Made by a program: the position numbers and the translations under genes. Of a stretch of 64,000 nt of DNA, positions 12,527-26,536 are shown piece by piece. Every line of letters starts with the position of its first letter. Position 1 is the first letter of the stretch. Below the pieces are notes generated by a model. That model did not search any database and had not been told where the DNA came from. It was given only the letters and a program-made list of their open reading frames with translations. Source of the DNA: Octopus sinensis (Eukaryota); the NCBI RefSeq assembly GCF_006345805.1, contig NC_043001.1, positions 50,468,001 to 50,532,000 on the forward strand, read 5' to 3'.

Positions 12527-13665
12527 TGAGCAGCTGAGTGCAATATAGGCAAAATACTGAGTGCAGTATAGGCAAAATTTTGTCGTCACTAATTGTGACT
12601 GTGTGTGCTACAAGCACATATATTACTAGAAATAAGAGTAAAACTACTTATAGCTGCGTAAAATCACATTTATATATACTGACGGGGTAGATAACTGCCA
12701 AAAGAGCGAAGCAAAGCTAGGAGACTGGACTGCACAGTTTCATCCTAATGGAAACTGTCAATAATGTGCCTCTATTGAGTCCATAGAACAGCCAATTCTC
12801 TCTGTCAGTATACATATTTGCCATATATATTTATGGGTGATTCAGCGAAATGCCAAATTGTATAGCATAACATTAATGTGGGCAGCTGGGCGCAATATAA
12901 ACCGTATAGGTAAAATTTAGTCAGTATAGGTTTTTTACGTGGTTTTTTTTTTCTTTCTTTCATGTTTTCTCATAGTCCACCGTCCTGGATTTTAAATACA
13001 TCTAACGTATGAACTGAGCCTGCAAGATTGTTTGGAGATACATGGCATGCTATATATAAATCTGCCAGTTTAGTGTATCTTAAAAGCATGAAACATATAT
13101 AAGTGAATTTTTTCTGTTTTATAAAGGAGAAAACAGAATGAGGTTTGTATCCATATAAATTCTTCTTTCTTCGCGATTGTGTTTGACAAATTTGCAAAAT
13201 TCAAAACTATTTTTATTAAACAGTGTAATTTGCCTTCTCCTTTTCCGTCATCGCACCTCCTCCCTACGCACCTACAACCGCTGATTATGAGAAATATTTG
13301 ATTATATGACGCATATATTACTCATGATCTTAATAAGAATGAGATTTAATTTATTGAAATATCAAAATTCAGATGAGTTTTAATCCCGTTTATTGTATTT
13401 CAAACCAATGTTTTAGAAGTGTTATCCCCTCTGTAATGTTGTAACATTGTACGTTGTGATCAATAAGTATGGAAACGGTTAATTGACATCTGTTACACAA
13501 TCATAATGATTAAACAGAAACATGGAGGTATTTTCTTTTTTTTTTCTTTTTTTTTTCGCGTTTATCAATTACAATAAGGTTCTCGGCAAAACTAGACGTG
13601 AACAGATGTTGTTTACAATAAAAATAAATGTCATTGATTTTTTTCTGAGAAAGAGAAATATACAC

Positions 13666-13749
13666 CTGCTGTTGTAGCTACTGCTGTTGCTGCTGCTGCT
13701 ACTTCTGTTGCTGCTGCTGCTGTTGTTGTCTTCTTCTTCTTCTTCTTCT
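13666..13749. repeat. Compound (CTG/GTT/CTT)n trinucleotide repeat
   Basis: Direct reading. Confidence 0.9.
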
Positions 13750-15107
13750 AATCGGGACTCACGCCATTAGCCACAAAGAATAATCTCTAATTTGAGCCTA
13801 CTCTAAGTTACTAAGAGTGCGTGAGGCAACCACAAGCAATAGACTGGCGGTTGCACAGGCACGAAAGCTACGTTGTTATCCACATTCCGTAAACGGCGGC
13901 TTTTAACGGATGGAGAGCTGAACCGTCCTGAGGTACAGAGGATTTGCAATCTAGACTAGGGTTTGAAGGTTTACCACACCATAGTGGGTAACATCATGGG
14001 CTCTGCTTTGTGACAGAAGTAGGAAGAAAGAGTGAGAGAAAATTGCGGTGAAAGAGTACAGCGGTGTTCACCACCGCCCCCCACCGGAGCCTCGTGGAGC
14101 TTAGATGTTTTTCTCAATAAACATGTACAATGCTCGGTCTGGGAATCGAAACCACGTTCTTACGACCGCGAGTCCGCTGCCCTAACCACTGGGTCATTGC
14201 ACCTCCACTGCTGCTGCTGCTGCTGTTGTTGTCACTGTTGCTGATGCTATATTTACAAAGGCAAGTAGGAAGGTAATGGTAATGCTGATATACAGAATGC
14301 CCCAGGCAACCGACAACAAAACCAAACGCAAAAAAAGCAACTAAGGCACCAAAATTAAGACAATATACACCCAGATAAAAATCCGGAGATGCATATTCAC
14401 CTAAATACATCGAAGAAAGGCGCAATTCAACAAATACCTCTAGCCACAATAATGGCCCCGATTCCGCCACGGAAGAGATTACATGCAATGATTAGGTGAC
14501 CCCTAACCAATCCACAACAGCAATCCCCAACAAGCCCTAGGCACTATAGAGATGCCAGCCGCTACCTCTCCCATTTGCAGCACCACTGATCCAGTAGTCC
14601 AACAGATTCGAATCAAGCGAGCCGGAGTGTCACATGATTTTATGACCACATGATTACCTTGTTCTCCCGGTTCTTGCCGGACATGAACTGCCGTCTCATC
14701 GACCCATAGAACTTGTTTCTGGCGTTTAACAGTGATCTCATAAACCTTGAGCTGCTCGATGATGGACCTCATAAAATCGTTAAGGTTGCTGATGATGATG
14801 TCAAGTACTAGGTGGATGAACGCAGCTGTCCTGATGACATCTGGCCACTGAGAATGTTTCTTACACTTGGTCATGTTCCTGGCTCCGGACACGAAGGACA
14901 CTGCCACATTTAAAATTGGCGATTTCTGAGGGTTATGGTTGATGGCTAGAGCCATGAACACAACGTGCCTTTTCATTTCTTGTGTCAAATTAGAAGGTGC
15001 TATGTTGTTACTGATGATATTTTTGGAAGATAAATGAGAATGTTAATATTTGGCGCAAGCAGCGTAACCTTACATAAAATCATTTTCTATTTATGGCCTG
15101 CTAAAGA

Positions 15108-15900
15108 ATGTTCATAATTCCTCTTCGTTCCCTGTATATCCATAGATATATTCGGAAATTTAGCACTAAAATCTACGGCATTGAAGCTCACGGATGGCAC
15201 GAAAAGGATGTCCTTATCCTTAGAGATAACATGAACTCGCTACAATACCAGTTTACTCTGGAAACGAAAAGACATCACCAATTGCCAGTCCTTGATATAC
15301 TTACAAAAAGAACAGAAGCAGAAGTCAGTGTGGTAAAAACCAAATATCACTTGATTTTAAAATTACCTCTCAATTGCCTCACGATGTATAGTTAAAAAAA
15401 TAAAAGAATTGTCAAAACTTCATCATGTAAAATTAACTTACACAGAAGATATGAGAGGTCTCAAAACTAAATTTCTCGATAACAAATAACCAATCCATCA
15501 TATAAGAATCCCAGGCATTCTTAGATCAAAACTAAATAGCAAGTCAAATTTCTTTGTATCGTTCATAAAATGTTATTAAGTTGAATTTCCATGTTAAAGA
15601 ACAACAGTGGCAAGTTATAAAATATCAGAGAAACACATACAAAGCTTGCTGAAAATCCAGTCAATAAGTTTTGCACTGATATTAATTTGGTATGGTTGCC
15701 TTTATTGAAAAATAAGTATTAAACAATGAATCTCTGATTTTCAATGACGCGTATTCAATTGTTCGATCAAATGAATTGCCTACACGTTGATTTATTGCGT
15801 AAGTGGCTGAACATTTTACAGAAAATTTCCACGCTTGACTGAGGCCTATGCAATAATAAATTATCTGCATAAATCTCCTTTCCATAAATTTCTACCGATC
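15108..15900 (+). pseudogene. Highly decayed Penelope-like RT C-terminal fragment
   Basis: NSLQYQFTLETKRHHQLPVLDIL resembles the PLE RT thumb-region motif (N...FT.E.E....LPFLDV). Confidence 0.5.
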
Positions 15901-16714
15901 TACACTCTACAAACACATACTTTCCTCATTTATCCCCCTTCCTACATAATTAGTTTCCCAGTTTACCAACACCACACTTAATTATCATTTACATTGCTTC
16001 ACCTACCCCAAAACACAACTCACTAAAGATTATATAAAGCCAAGAACAACCCAAGAACAATTAATAAATATGTTTTCTCCAAAGGGGAATTCCGACATGA
16101 GTACTTATCAAACATTGGTTTAAAAAAAAAGAAGAGAGGTAACAGCATCCAGTACACTTCTCCATGAAGAATATATTAACACCACCAAGAAACATTACCT
16201 AAAAATACTACTACAAAAAAAATCAAAAGACTTAAGATGGAAAATTTATCACTACGGAAAAGACAAACATTGTGAATATCGCAAAAAGAGTTGAAGCAGA
16301 AAATTGACCATATCAAAACCAGGGTAAATGTGTGTAAAGTCAGACAAAATCAGCAATCTCTACCACATAAGTCAAATTTCGCACAGTCGTCTATTTTTTA
16401 TTAGTCTCTACCATATAAACAAAAATGAAAATATGCATCTTTAACCAACATAAACTCCACATCCATGAAAAGTAATCAACAACCAAAAACTTGAAGGTAA
16501 GAGTTGATATCTTATTACCCAAGGGACCAAATATCACTATGATGGATCACAAACCCAATTTCAATAACAACTCATTCAACCCTTCACAATCAAACTTAGG
16601 CATTATCAGAAAGAATGTCATCGATATATTCATACCAAAAATAGAAGCGCACTCGATATTATTCCCCCTTGAGTAACAATTACACAGTAATCAAATGGTT
16701 TAAGGTCCCAAGCA

Positions 16715-16838
16715 AAAATAAGTTCCCTTTTTTCTTTCTTTTTTTTCAGTTCCACATCAATGACTCTCACGTTACAATAACAAAACCAACTTTTACGGCC
16801 GCTTTGAACTTTTCAAAAGATATAACATTAATTAACTA
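16715..16838. repeat. Dispersed repeat, second copy at ~25378-25505
   Basis: Shared cacgttacaataacaaaaccaacttttacggccgc...ttttcaaaa.atata.cattaattaact. Confidence 0.7.
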
Positions 16839-16879
16839 CACTGTAATAGAAAGGATACTACAAGGCAAGAAATCCATCC

Positions 16880-17395
16880 CGGATCTTTTCCCTTTGACCA
16901 GCAGATTTAAAAAATGATTTTTCGTAACTAAACACTTTTAAACTTCGTATACTGGTAAAATGTGTCACATAAAACATCTTTTTCTCTTGGCGTTCTTGAG
17001 AAACTTCTGTAGTTTGTAAGCTATTTGTTGTTAAATTTCTCGTATTTCGGCAATTTCAACCAATCAATGACGTCTATTGGGGTGAATACAATTATTGCTG
17101 CTGTTTGTACACAAGAAGTTCCGGCGGTGTATATTTCATTTGTCACTGTTTACAGAATTTTCTCAAGAACGCCAAGGGAAAAAGATGTTTTCACCTCAAT
17201 AAACGTCATTGATTGGTTGAAATTGCCGAAATACGAGAAATTTAACAACAAATAACTTACAAACTACAGAATTTTCTCAAGAACGCCAAGAGAAAAAGAT
17301 GTTTTATGTGACACGTTTTACCAGTATACGAAGTTTAAAGTGTTTAGTTACAAAAAGTTATCTTTTAAATCTGTCGGTCAAAGTGAAAAGATCCG
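16880..17395. mobile_element. Foldback/MITE with ~206-bp inverted arms
   Basis: 16880-17086 is the near-perfect reverse complement of 17190-17395. The ~100-bp spacer contains a partial extra arm copy. Confidence 0.85.
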
Positions 17396-17678
17396 AAATC
17401 CCTTCTATTTCACAACAAAGTATACTGCATTTAGAAAAACAATTCAGAATCATTTAATATTTGAATGAAACTAAAGGACTCAGCAGAGGTAAACATATAT
17501 TATGGTGACTGCTCGAGACGGTCATGGAGCGGTTACCTCCCCTGTCAGCATATGTATACATTTACATTCTTCCTACTGCATTAAGAGTATTTTAACTCTT
17601 ATTTCTAGCAATGTATGTATTTCCGCACCCTTAGTGACGATTGCATTTATCCTTTATGGTATCACATTGAGCCTGGAT

Positions 17679-17737
<59 letters not shown>

Positions 17738-17739
<2 letters not shown>

Positions 17740-17857
17740 TGCAGGAGTTCCAGGTTCAGTCCCACTGCGTGGTATCTTGGGCAAGTGTCTTTTGCTATAG
17801 CCTCGGACCGACCAATGCCTTGTGAGTAGACGGAAACTGAAAGAAGCCTGTCGTATT

Positions 17858-17899
<42 letters not shown>

Positions 17900-18116
17900 T
17901 GTGTGTGTATGTGTTTGTGTGTATGTGATTGTCCCCCCACCATCGCTTGACAACCGATGCTGGTGTGTTTACGTCCCCGTCACTTAGCGGTTCGGCAAAA
18001 AGCGACCGATAGAATAAGTACTGGGCTTACAAAGAATAAGTCCCGGGGTCGATTTGCTCGACTAAAGTTGGTGCTCCAGCATGGTCGCAGTCAAATGACT
18101 GAAACAAGTAAAAGAG
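17738..18116 (+). mobile_element. SINE (same family as 8842)
   Basis: Head, (TA)n/(GT)n tract and tail in order. Confidence 0.7.
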
Positions 18117-18122
18117 TAAAGA

Positions 18123-18167
<45 letters not shown>

Positions 18168-18541
18168 ATGAGAAAGGGAGAGAAAATTGTATTGGCTACA
18201 ATTATACTTAAGGGCACAGAAGCTACCCTGAGTATATGCTGAAAATAGACGCCAAATACGTCAAACCACTGTATATATTCACTCCACATATATACATAGG
18301 TTGAAAGTGGGAAAGCAGACTGACAAAAAGTTCATAAAATATTTCAGGTAGTTTTCGATTGATCAATTTCTAGATTAGTTTGATGCCCTTTAGTATAGTC
18401 GTACCCTATGCAGTTATATATCTCTATATATGTATTTTACCGAAGTTTTTTTTTTTATTTGCTAGCCACTGATAAAATTCAATAATTTTAATGATTTATC
18501 CCTTAATTATACACACGCACACACACACACACACATATATA

Positions 18542-19810
18542 CAGGGGTTAGACAAAATCATGGAAACACATAGCATCATAGTAACCTAATTTTGAAATAT
18601 CTATAAAACCGTCAAAAGCTTGTTTATTTTTATGTTTTTTTGATTTATTATTAGTGTTGCTTAACATGTTTTATAAAATTGCTGTTTCTTTTCAGATATC
18701 ATCAGAAAAAGGTAATAAAAATTTAGTAAAATGACAGACCTATCAGGCTGTCAAAGGTCAAATTATTGGTGCTCATATGGCAGGCGCCAGCGTAACGAAA
18801 ACAGCCGAAACGTTCGGTGTATCAAGAAGTACTGTCTGGAAAGTAATGAAAGCCTTTGAGAAAGAGTGAAAAACCTCCCCATCGAAACCAAACTCCGGAA
18901 GAAAACCAAAACTTTCAGATAGGGACCGCCAGACTCTTACGCAAGTTGTTAGGAAGGATCACAAAAGTACAGCTCCCAAAATTACTACAAAGCTTAATGA
19001 CCTCCTCGAGAGCCCAGTTTCCACAAAACTGTTCGCCGGGAGCTGCACAAAGTCTGATTTCACGGGAGGCTGCAATCAGAAAACCACTTCTTCCAAGAAC
19101 AAACGTTGCAAAGCATTTAGAACGGAGTAAAACCTACAGAATTAGTCCCTAGAGCAGTGGAAGAATGTTATTTTCTTGCACGGGTCATCCTTTACCCTAT
19201 TTCCGACCACCGGCTGAGTATACGTGTAGAGACAGCCAAAAGAAGAATTTGACCCAGACTACCTTCTTCCAACTGTTAAACATGGAGGAAGATTTGTGAT
19301 GATCTGGAGGGGTTTTATCTTGGAAATCCGCCAGCCCAATGGTTTCCCTTCATGGCAGAATTAATAGTCAAGACTATTTAAGCATTTTATCTGATAAAAT
19401 TCATCCTATGGTTGTGGAACTGTTTCCGGAGGGAAATGCAATCTTTCAGGATGATAATGCACCAATTCACACAGCTAAAGTTGTTACTGAATGGCACAAA
19501 GAACATTCTAATGAAGTTGAACATCTTATCTGGACAGCACAGTCCCCAGATCTCAATACTATTGAACATTTATGGTGCATTTTAGAAAAACAAATAAAGA
19601 GTCGATATCCTCCACCATTATCACTACAAGAATTGGAGACTGTTTTAGCTGAAGAATGGACAAAAATTCCTTTGGAAACAATTCAAATTTTGTACGAGTC
19701 CATACGTCGTAGAATTCAAGTTGTAATTACTGCCAAAGGCGGTCCTGCCCCATATTAAAATATATTTGTTTGAAATTTTAAGGCGTTTCCATTATTTTGT
19801 CCAACCCCTG
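18542..19810 (+). mobile_element. Full-length Tc1 (DD34E) transposon, transposase disrupted (ATG 18731 to stop 19758)
   Basis: TIRs caggggtt(a/g)gacaaaat(c/a)atggaaac, TA TSD on both sides. Motifs FQDDNAPIH and SPDLNTIEHLW. Frameshifts and stops. Confidence 0.93.
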
Positions 19811-19821
19811 TATACACAGAC

Positions 19822-19856
<35 letters not shown>

Positions 19857-19898
19857 GTATATATATATATATATATATAAACATGATGCCAAGGATCA

Positions 19899-19975
19899 GC
19901 GGTACATATGGTTCGGGCCTTTATTAGACAGATTTATAACATGCATAATGTATGTCTGTGGCCTTCTTCAGCCGC
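19899..19975 (-). ncRNA. Hammerhead motif in the inverted pseudo-LTR, core mutated (GAAA to GAAC)
   Basis: Revcomp reads gcggctgaagaaggcc...ggcccGAACcatatgtaccgc. Confidence 0.55.
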
Positions 19976-20671
19976 GCACCACAGCTTCCACAAGGACATG
20001 TGTTACATCAAAAAGTATTGGTTGGGGATGCAAATCCTCTCATTCGCGTACGACATAATGCGGCAACAGCATAGAATTGAAGCGTCCATCTCTTTCTTCT
20101 CTCAATGTAGAATGAGGAAATTTGGATGTTGAAGTATGTAAATAAATTAATAAATAAATACATATATAGACGTGAACGAACCTGGTAATAAGAGTAAATA
20201 GGGGTAAAGATGGAGGGGCGAGAATTCGGACGAAGGATAAAAAATATATAAAAAAATATATAAAAAGTGTAGTATAGAAAAAAATATAGAGTATAAAGAT
20301 ATAAAGAGATATAGGAGATATAAAGGGGATATAAAGAATATAAAAAAATATAAATGAATATAAGGCATAAGGTTATAAAGTAAAAATAGAAATAGAAATA
20401 AAAGTAAAGAAATAAAAATAGGAATAAAAATGATAAAAATGTAAAAAAATGTAAAAAATATAAAGATAAGGGATGTATAGAGGTTACGGACCAAACATGG
20501 TGGTCAGGAAATTGACAAAATTTAGTTGTAGAAGCTTTGGGTGTCAATAAATCAACAGGGTCGTCTGGGGACTTAGTGTATTGTAAATCAGAGCTGTTGA
20601 GCGGTTAATCTATATATAAAACTACTTCTACGGATAACCTTAAGGAAATTAACTACAAAATCAAGGAAGTT

Positions 20672-22668
20672 ATGAGCAAATTAGACCTCCTGGACAGAAC
20701 GGAACCGATCAAACCACAGGTACCCAAAATTACTATTAAAGACCATAAGAAAAACTTCCCGGATAATGTAGGAGTACGATTAATCTGTCCGACTAAATCG
20801 GATATCGGCAGACTTAGCAAGACTATCCTGGACACAGGTGATCCCACATCAAACCCCACATCCCACTCCAACTATGGATTAACACCAACGATGTGCTAGA
20901 ATGGTTTAACACAATCACCAACAGACCCAACTACTCATTCATCCAGTTCGACATAGCTAACTACTACGCCAGTATATCCCCCATCTTACTAACAAATCCC
21001 TTATATATGCCCGCAGCCTTTCGCTCATAGAAAGAGAAAAAAATTGACATAATACTATTAGCAGAAAAACTATAATAGAATTCGTCGGTAGACTTTGGAC
21101 CAGATCCGATACCCCCGAAAATTTTGATGTGGCTATGGGCTCGAGCGATTCAGCTCAGGTGACTGACTTGGTCGGGGCCTACCTGCTCAAGAAGCTTTTC
21201 TCCGAGGTACCGGATCTTCAGGGGGGTCTATACAGAGATGACGCTCTCTTCGTATACCCCACCAACAATAGGAGTAAACTAGAAAGAATTAGGAAAAAGA
21301 TCAGGCTTTTTTTCAAATCCTTCAATCTTAAACTAGAATTTATGACCAATACTAAAATAGTAAACTTCTTAGATGTTACGTTGGACTTGAATAAGCACCT
21401 TCACCACCCGTATAGGAAACCCGAAGAAACTACCAAATACATCCACACCTCTTCCAACCATCCACCCTGTATAATTAGCACCACGGTCCAAGCCATCTCA
21501 GACAGACTTACAAAACTATCCTCTAATAGAGAAATTTTCAATAATCACGTACAGCACTACAACCAGGCTCTCTATAGTGCTGGGTATAACCAGAGAATAT
21601 CATATATAGACCACCCAGGAACGTCCGTCGGCCGTAAAACTCCAAATTATAATCGAACTCCGTACTCAACTCATGCTAACGATAATTCTAATTTAAATTC
21701 TAAACAGCGTATAGGAAATAGGCGAACTAATAGAATAGCACACAATAGTAACCCTCCCGACGAGAGCAATATAGATCCTATTAGGAAAAATAGAAGGGAT
21801 AATAGTAGATTACGCAAATATATATGGTTCAACATACCATACAACTTAGCAGTTAGGGGTAAATTATGTAAGAGAATATTCTCTCTCATTTCAAACACTT
21901 CCCACCCACCCATAAGTATAGAAGTATCTTCTCCAACAAAACATTAGGATTTCCTACTTACCTGCCCAACATGAGCTGCCTCATAGCTAAACATAACTAT
22001 ATTAATATTAGAACAGCTAGATCAAGAGCAAGCTATAGCGACCAACCGAACCCCCTCATCCAGATAGTAGACAAATTAATCAGACCGGCAGCCATATTAC
22101 CCAAACAGTTAGTAATAACACCCACCAACACAACAGAGGCAATACCACACCCATCAACAACCAGGAGGATATCAACGCCCCCACACGTAATGCAACACCT
22201 CCGCCTGGGATTAACAGCACACGACCGAGTAATGCAATGCACTGCAACTGCATATGTGCATCCGAGTGTCCGCTACAGGGCGCATGTAGGGCGAAAAACG
22301 TAATATATTCATGTGAGGTGAGTACCCAGTTTAACACACTCACCTACATAGGTTGCTCAACCTCCTGGAAATCCAGATACTACAACCACCGGTCCTCGCT
22401 GAAACACAGACATAAGGCTAACAGCACCTCCCTTTCTAAAAAAAATTGGGAATTAAAAGACAAATGCATAGGCTTCAAACTCAGGTGGTCCATCATCGGA
22501 TCAGCTGTACCTTATTTAAATAATAGAGCAGGATGCCAACTATGTTGTGTAGAACTCCTGAACATCTTGAAATTCAAAGACAAACACAATCTTATTAACA
22601 AAAGGTCAGAGTTCAAACCATCCTGTATACACAAACTTATTAATACTTTCAAATACTACAAAGCTTAG
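20672..22668 (+). pseudogene. PLE reverse transcriptase plus C-terminal GIY-YIG endonuclease (frameshifted)
   Basis: TIKDHKKNF...RLICPTKSDIG, AMGSSDS, GLYRDDAL, NFLDVTLD, KYIHTSSNHPP, IWFNIPY; CNC...CPLQGAC, VIYSC...YIG, CQLC. Confidence 0.9.
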
Positions 22669-22811
22669 GCTATTATACCAACTCCCCCATGCAATTTCCT
22701 CCCACCCGGTGCAACATGTCGGCTCCAGCGCATCCCGCTTTCCTATATGTGCGCGTATATGTGTATATGTGTGTGTATATATATGTATATACATATATGT
22801 GTATGTATATG

Positions 22812-22850
<39 letters not shown>

Positions 22851-24730
22851 CTGTGTGTGTGTATGTGCATATATATTTCCCTGCATTTTCCTCCTATATA
22901 TACACATCTTGTCTCCCATATATGTTTTTTTCCCTACATATTTCTCCTACACCTATATCCTTCCTATCTAGTCTCTTTATTTCCCTATATCTATACCTTT
23001 TCACATTTCTAACTCGGATGTTGAACGCACACCGCCAAACTCCACTTCCCACCCTTCCAATTTTCAGTTCCCCCCGCCCGCTCCTACGTGGGCACCTTTA
23101 GCACACACCTTTAACTTTCAACTACCTTCATCTCATGTTAAACTTTACCAGATTATATTTTCATTTTACTTTATCCTATTTCACTTTACCTTTATTCTTA
23201 TTTTTATTTTCATCCCTTATTTTAATTCTTATGGCTCTTATAATTTTTATATTTCATTTCTAACTTTTATATTATATTTCTTATTTTATATTGTATTTCT
23301 TACTTTTATTTCTAATTTTTATTCTTACCCTCATTCTTACCCCTAACTTATCGCTTTATATCTCTATATATGTCTATCTTTTTACTTATCCCTTATTTAC
23401 TCATCTATGAATCCGCTTTATGATTATACGTGCGTCCGTGTACGTATGTATACGTACACATATGTGTACATATGTACGAGTAAACATCTACGTCTGGATG
23501 TGCTAACCCCGTTACTCATCTCTAATAATTTTCTTTAATAATTTTTTAAAATTTCTTACGTATTTCTTTTTTTTACATGTTTTCGCAGATTTCTTATATG
23601 CATATGTTTACACCTATTTGTATACATCTTTTAATATCTTATAGCTATACCTATACGCGCGTATGTCTCTGTGTGTGTATGTAAGTGTATATGTGCACGC
23701 ACATATGGACACACAACCGTGTGTGCGTGCACGTGTAGACGTGAGTGCGTGATTCTTTACATGCGTTCTTATATACATCCTTTAATATCTTATATCTAAA
23801 CCTGGACGTGTGGGCTGCTGTGTATGTGTATGTAAGGATGGACGTGCGTATGTATATATGGGTGTGTACACGTATAATGTCCGTGTATATATGCGCATAT
23901 TCTGTTGTATGTATGTATATATGCGCATGTGTGTGGGTGTATATGTGTTTATGTACATGTTTACACGTGAGTGCGTATGTATGCTTATATGCTTGGAGCC
24001 GTGTATGCGCGCGTATATGTGCGCGTGTATATGGGTGTATGTATCCATGCTGTATGTATGTACAAGATGACCACTTAACTCAAAGAACTAGATTAACCGC
24101 TCAACAGCTCTGATTTACAATACACTAAGTCCCCAGACGACCCTGTTGATTTATTGACACCCAAAGCTTCTACAACTAAATTTTGTCAATTTCCTGACCA
24201 CCATGTTTGGTCCGTAACCTCTATACATCCCTTATCTTTATATTTTTTTACATTTTTTTACATTTTTATCATTTTTATTCCTATTTTTATTTCTTTACTT
24301 TTATTTCTATTTCTATTTTTACTTTATAACCTTATGCCTTTATATTCGTTTATATTTTTTTATATTCTTTATATCCCCTTTATATCTCCTTATATCTCTT
24401 TATATCTTTATACTCTATATTTTTTTCTATACTTACACTTTTTATATATTTTTTATATATTTTTTATCCTTCGTCCTGAATTCTCGCCCCTCCATCTTTA
24501 CCCCTATTTACTCTTATTACCAGGTTCGTTCACGTCTATATATGTATTTATTTATTAATTTATTTACATTACTTCAACATCCAAATTTCCTCATTCTACA
24601 TTGAGAGAAGAAAGAGATGGACGCTTCAATTCTATGCTGTTGCCGCATTATGTCGTACGCGAATGAGAGGATTTGCATCCCCAACCAATACTTTTTGATG
24701 TAACACATGTCCTTGTGGAAGCTGTTGTGC

Positions 24731-24808
24731 GCGGCTGAAGAAGGCCACAGACATACATTATGCATTGTTATAAATCTGTCTAATAAAGGCCCGAAACATA
24801 TGTACCGC
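24731..24808 (+). ncRNA. Type I hammerhead ribozyme motif at the PLE 3' end
   Basis: GCGG-CTGAAGA-AGGCC...GGCCC-GAAA-CATATG-TA^CCGC, with a palindromic stem III. Confidence 0.7.
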
Positions 24809-24908
24809 TGAATCCTTGGCATCATGTTTTTTTTTTATCAATTTACTCCACCACCTACACCACCAAACAGTATACACAGTGCTTATAATTATCAAGTACT
24901 CACCCCGA

Positions 24909-24963
<55 letters not shown>

Positions 24964-26536
24964 CATGCACACACACACATATGTATAGATATTTGTGCTT
25001 TGCATCACTGCAAGTCGAATTCATAAAAATTTTTCATGCACCATATAGATGTAATTTGTGACGCTGCATACGAATTTGTTATTTATTCTAGAAAAATCTT
25101 GTTCAAAGTTTGATAATATTCAGAATTTTCAGCCAATCAGAAAACAGCGTGTTTGCTGTCTCTTCCCTCATCTATCACATGAGCGAGAAGGTGAGGGCGA
25201 AAACAAGCAATTATGGAACAGGTTGCGGTTATACTCCCTGTGTGCATGCGCAGCATCTTTGGTTACTATGGAAACAGAGTTCTTTGCTTACTATGCTAAC
25301 AGAACTTCACTCGCTTCTGATTGGCTAAAATACCCAAGTTTTGAAAACTTTAAAGGCTAATAACTTTTTAATTACAAGTTCCCTTTTTATCTTTTCTTTT
25401 CTTTTTTTTTTTTCAGTTCGACATCAAAGACTATCACGTTACAATAACAAAACCAACTTTTACGGCCGCCTTCAGCTTTTCAAAACATATAGCATTAATT
25501 AACTGAGGAATTGATTTTCATTTTCATAATTAGTATACAAAACTTAACCCATATGCCAAATTTGAAAACAATTGGAACAAAATCGGAGATATTGATTCAA
25601 ACCACAAAGATCCTATATATACACATACGTGCATATATTTATATATTATTTATATTATTATATGATCGAACACCACGCATCCTTTTCCAAGTTAGTTTTT
25701 ATCTTAATAATTATGATGTTCACTCCTCTATCTATCTCTCACCCTCTTTTGTTCTTCATCCTTTCTGTTTTTCTCTCCCACCTTTCCCTATTCTTCTCCT
25801 CCCCCCTTCACTGTTCCATCTCTCTTACTCCTCCTCCTTGACTCTCTCGTCACTGACACGGGACCAGAGGGAAGCCATCTTTCCTGTCTCTCTCATAATA
25901 AGCTGTCTCCTCAAGCGTACAAAATAATTTTTCCATCGTCTTGGCTGAACAGCCCTCATCGTTTGTTTTTACTGTGTTATTCTCTTTGTTCTGTCTTTTA
26001 CTGCTTTTACTTATATTGTTTTTACTGTCATGTTTTGTTCTTACTGTCCTGTTCTTGTTACCACTTTTACCAATCAGCAAAAATTCTCAAATCTTATTTA
26101 ATTTGCTTTGCGGGAAGGACTGTTTCAATGAAGTCGCGTCTTGTCCTTACCTTCGAAAACGCGGAGTAGACGAAACAAGGACAACTGAAGAAGGGGAATA
26201 TTCCTTGTGTTGTGTCTTGTACTCTGTTCTTTTGATGTTTGAAAAATAGTTCATTTCCATGTTTTTGTTTTTATGTTTTCGTTTCTCATTGTGTTCAACA
26301 TTTTTTTTTTATGTCCTGTACCCATATAGATGTAGGTATGTACATATATGTATGTATATATGCATATATTTATATATTATTTATATTATATATATATGTA
26401 ACAGGCAAAAATCTGACAGTGGGACTGCTGCAGATACGGGAGCTGGAGGTTAAAGATACAGATTATAAAGAGTTCAACAACCTATTAAAAAAAGGATGTT
26501 TGAGACTAACACCACCACCACCACCACCCCAAAGAA

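Larger units (their letters stand above)
19879..24829 (+). mobile_element. Penelope-like element with an inverted ~735-bp pseudo-LTR at its 5' end
   Basis: 19879-20612 is the reverse complement of 24089-24829. RT and GIY-YIG lie between them. (TA)n on the left flank. Confidence 0.9.

Noticed and set aside
20008-20547. Hydrophobic F/Y/I/L ORFs (also 24154-24558) resembling membrane proteins
   Set aside because: Low-complexity AT-rich tract inside the PLE pseudo-LTR arms.
26160-26195. GAAA...CTGAAGA words close together
   Set aside because: No cleavage triplet or stem pairing consistent with any hammerhead topology.
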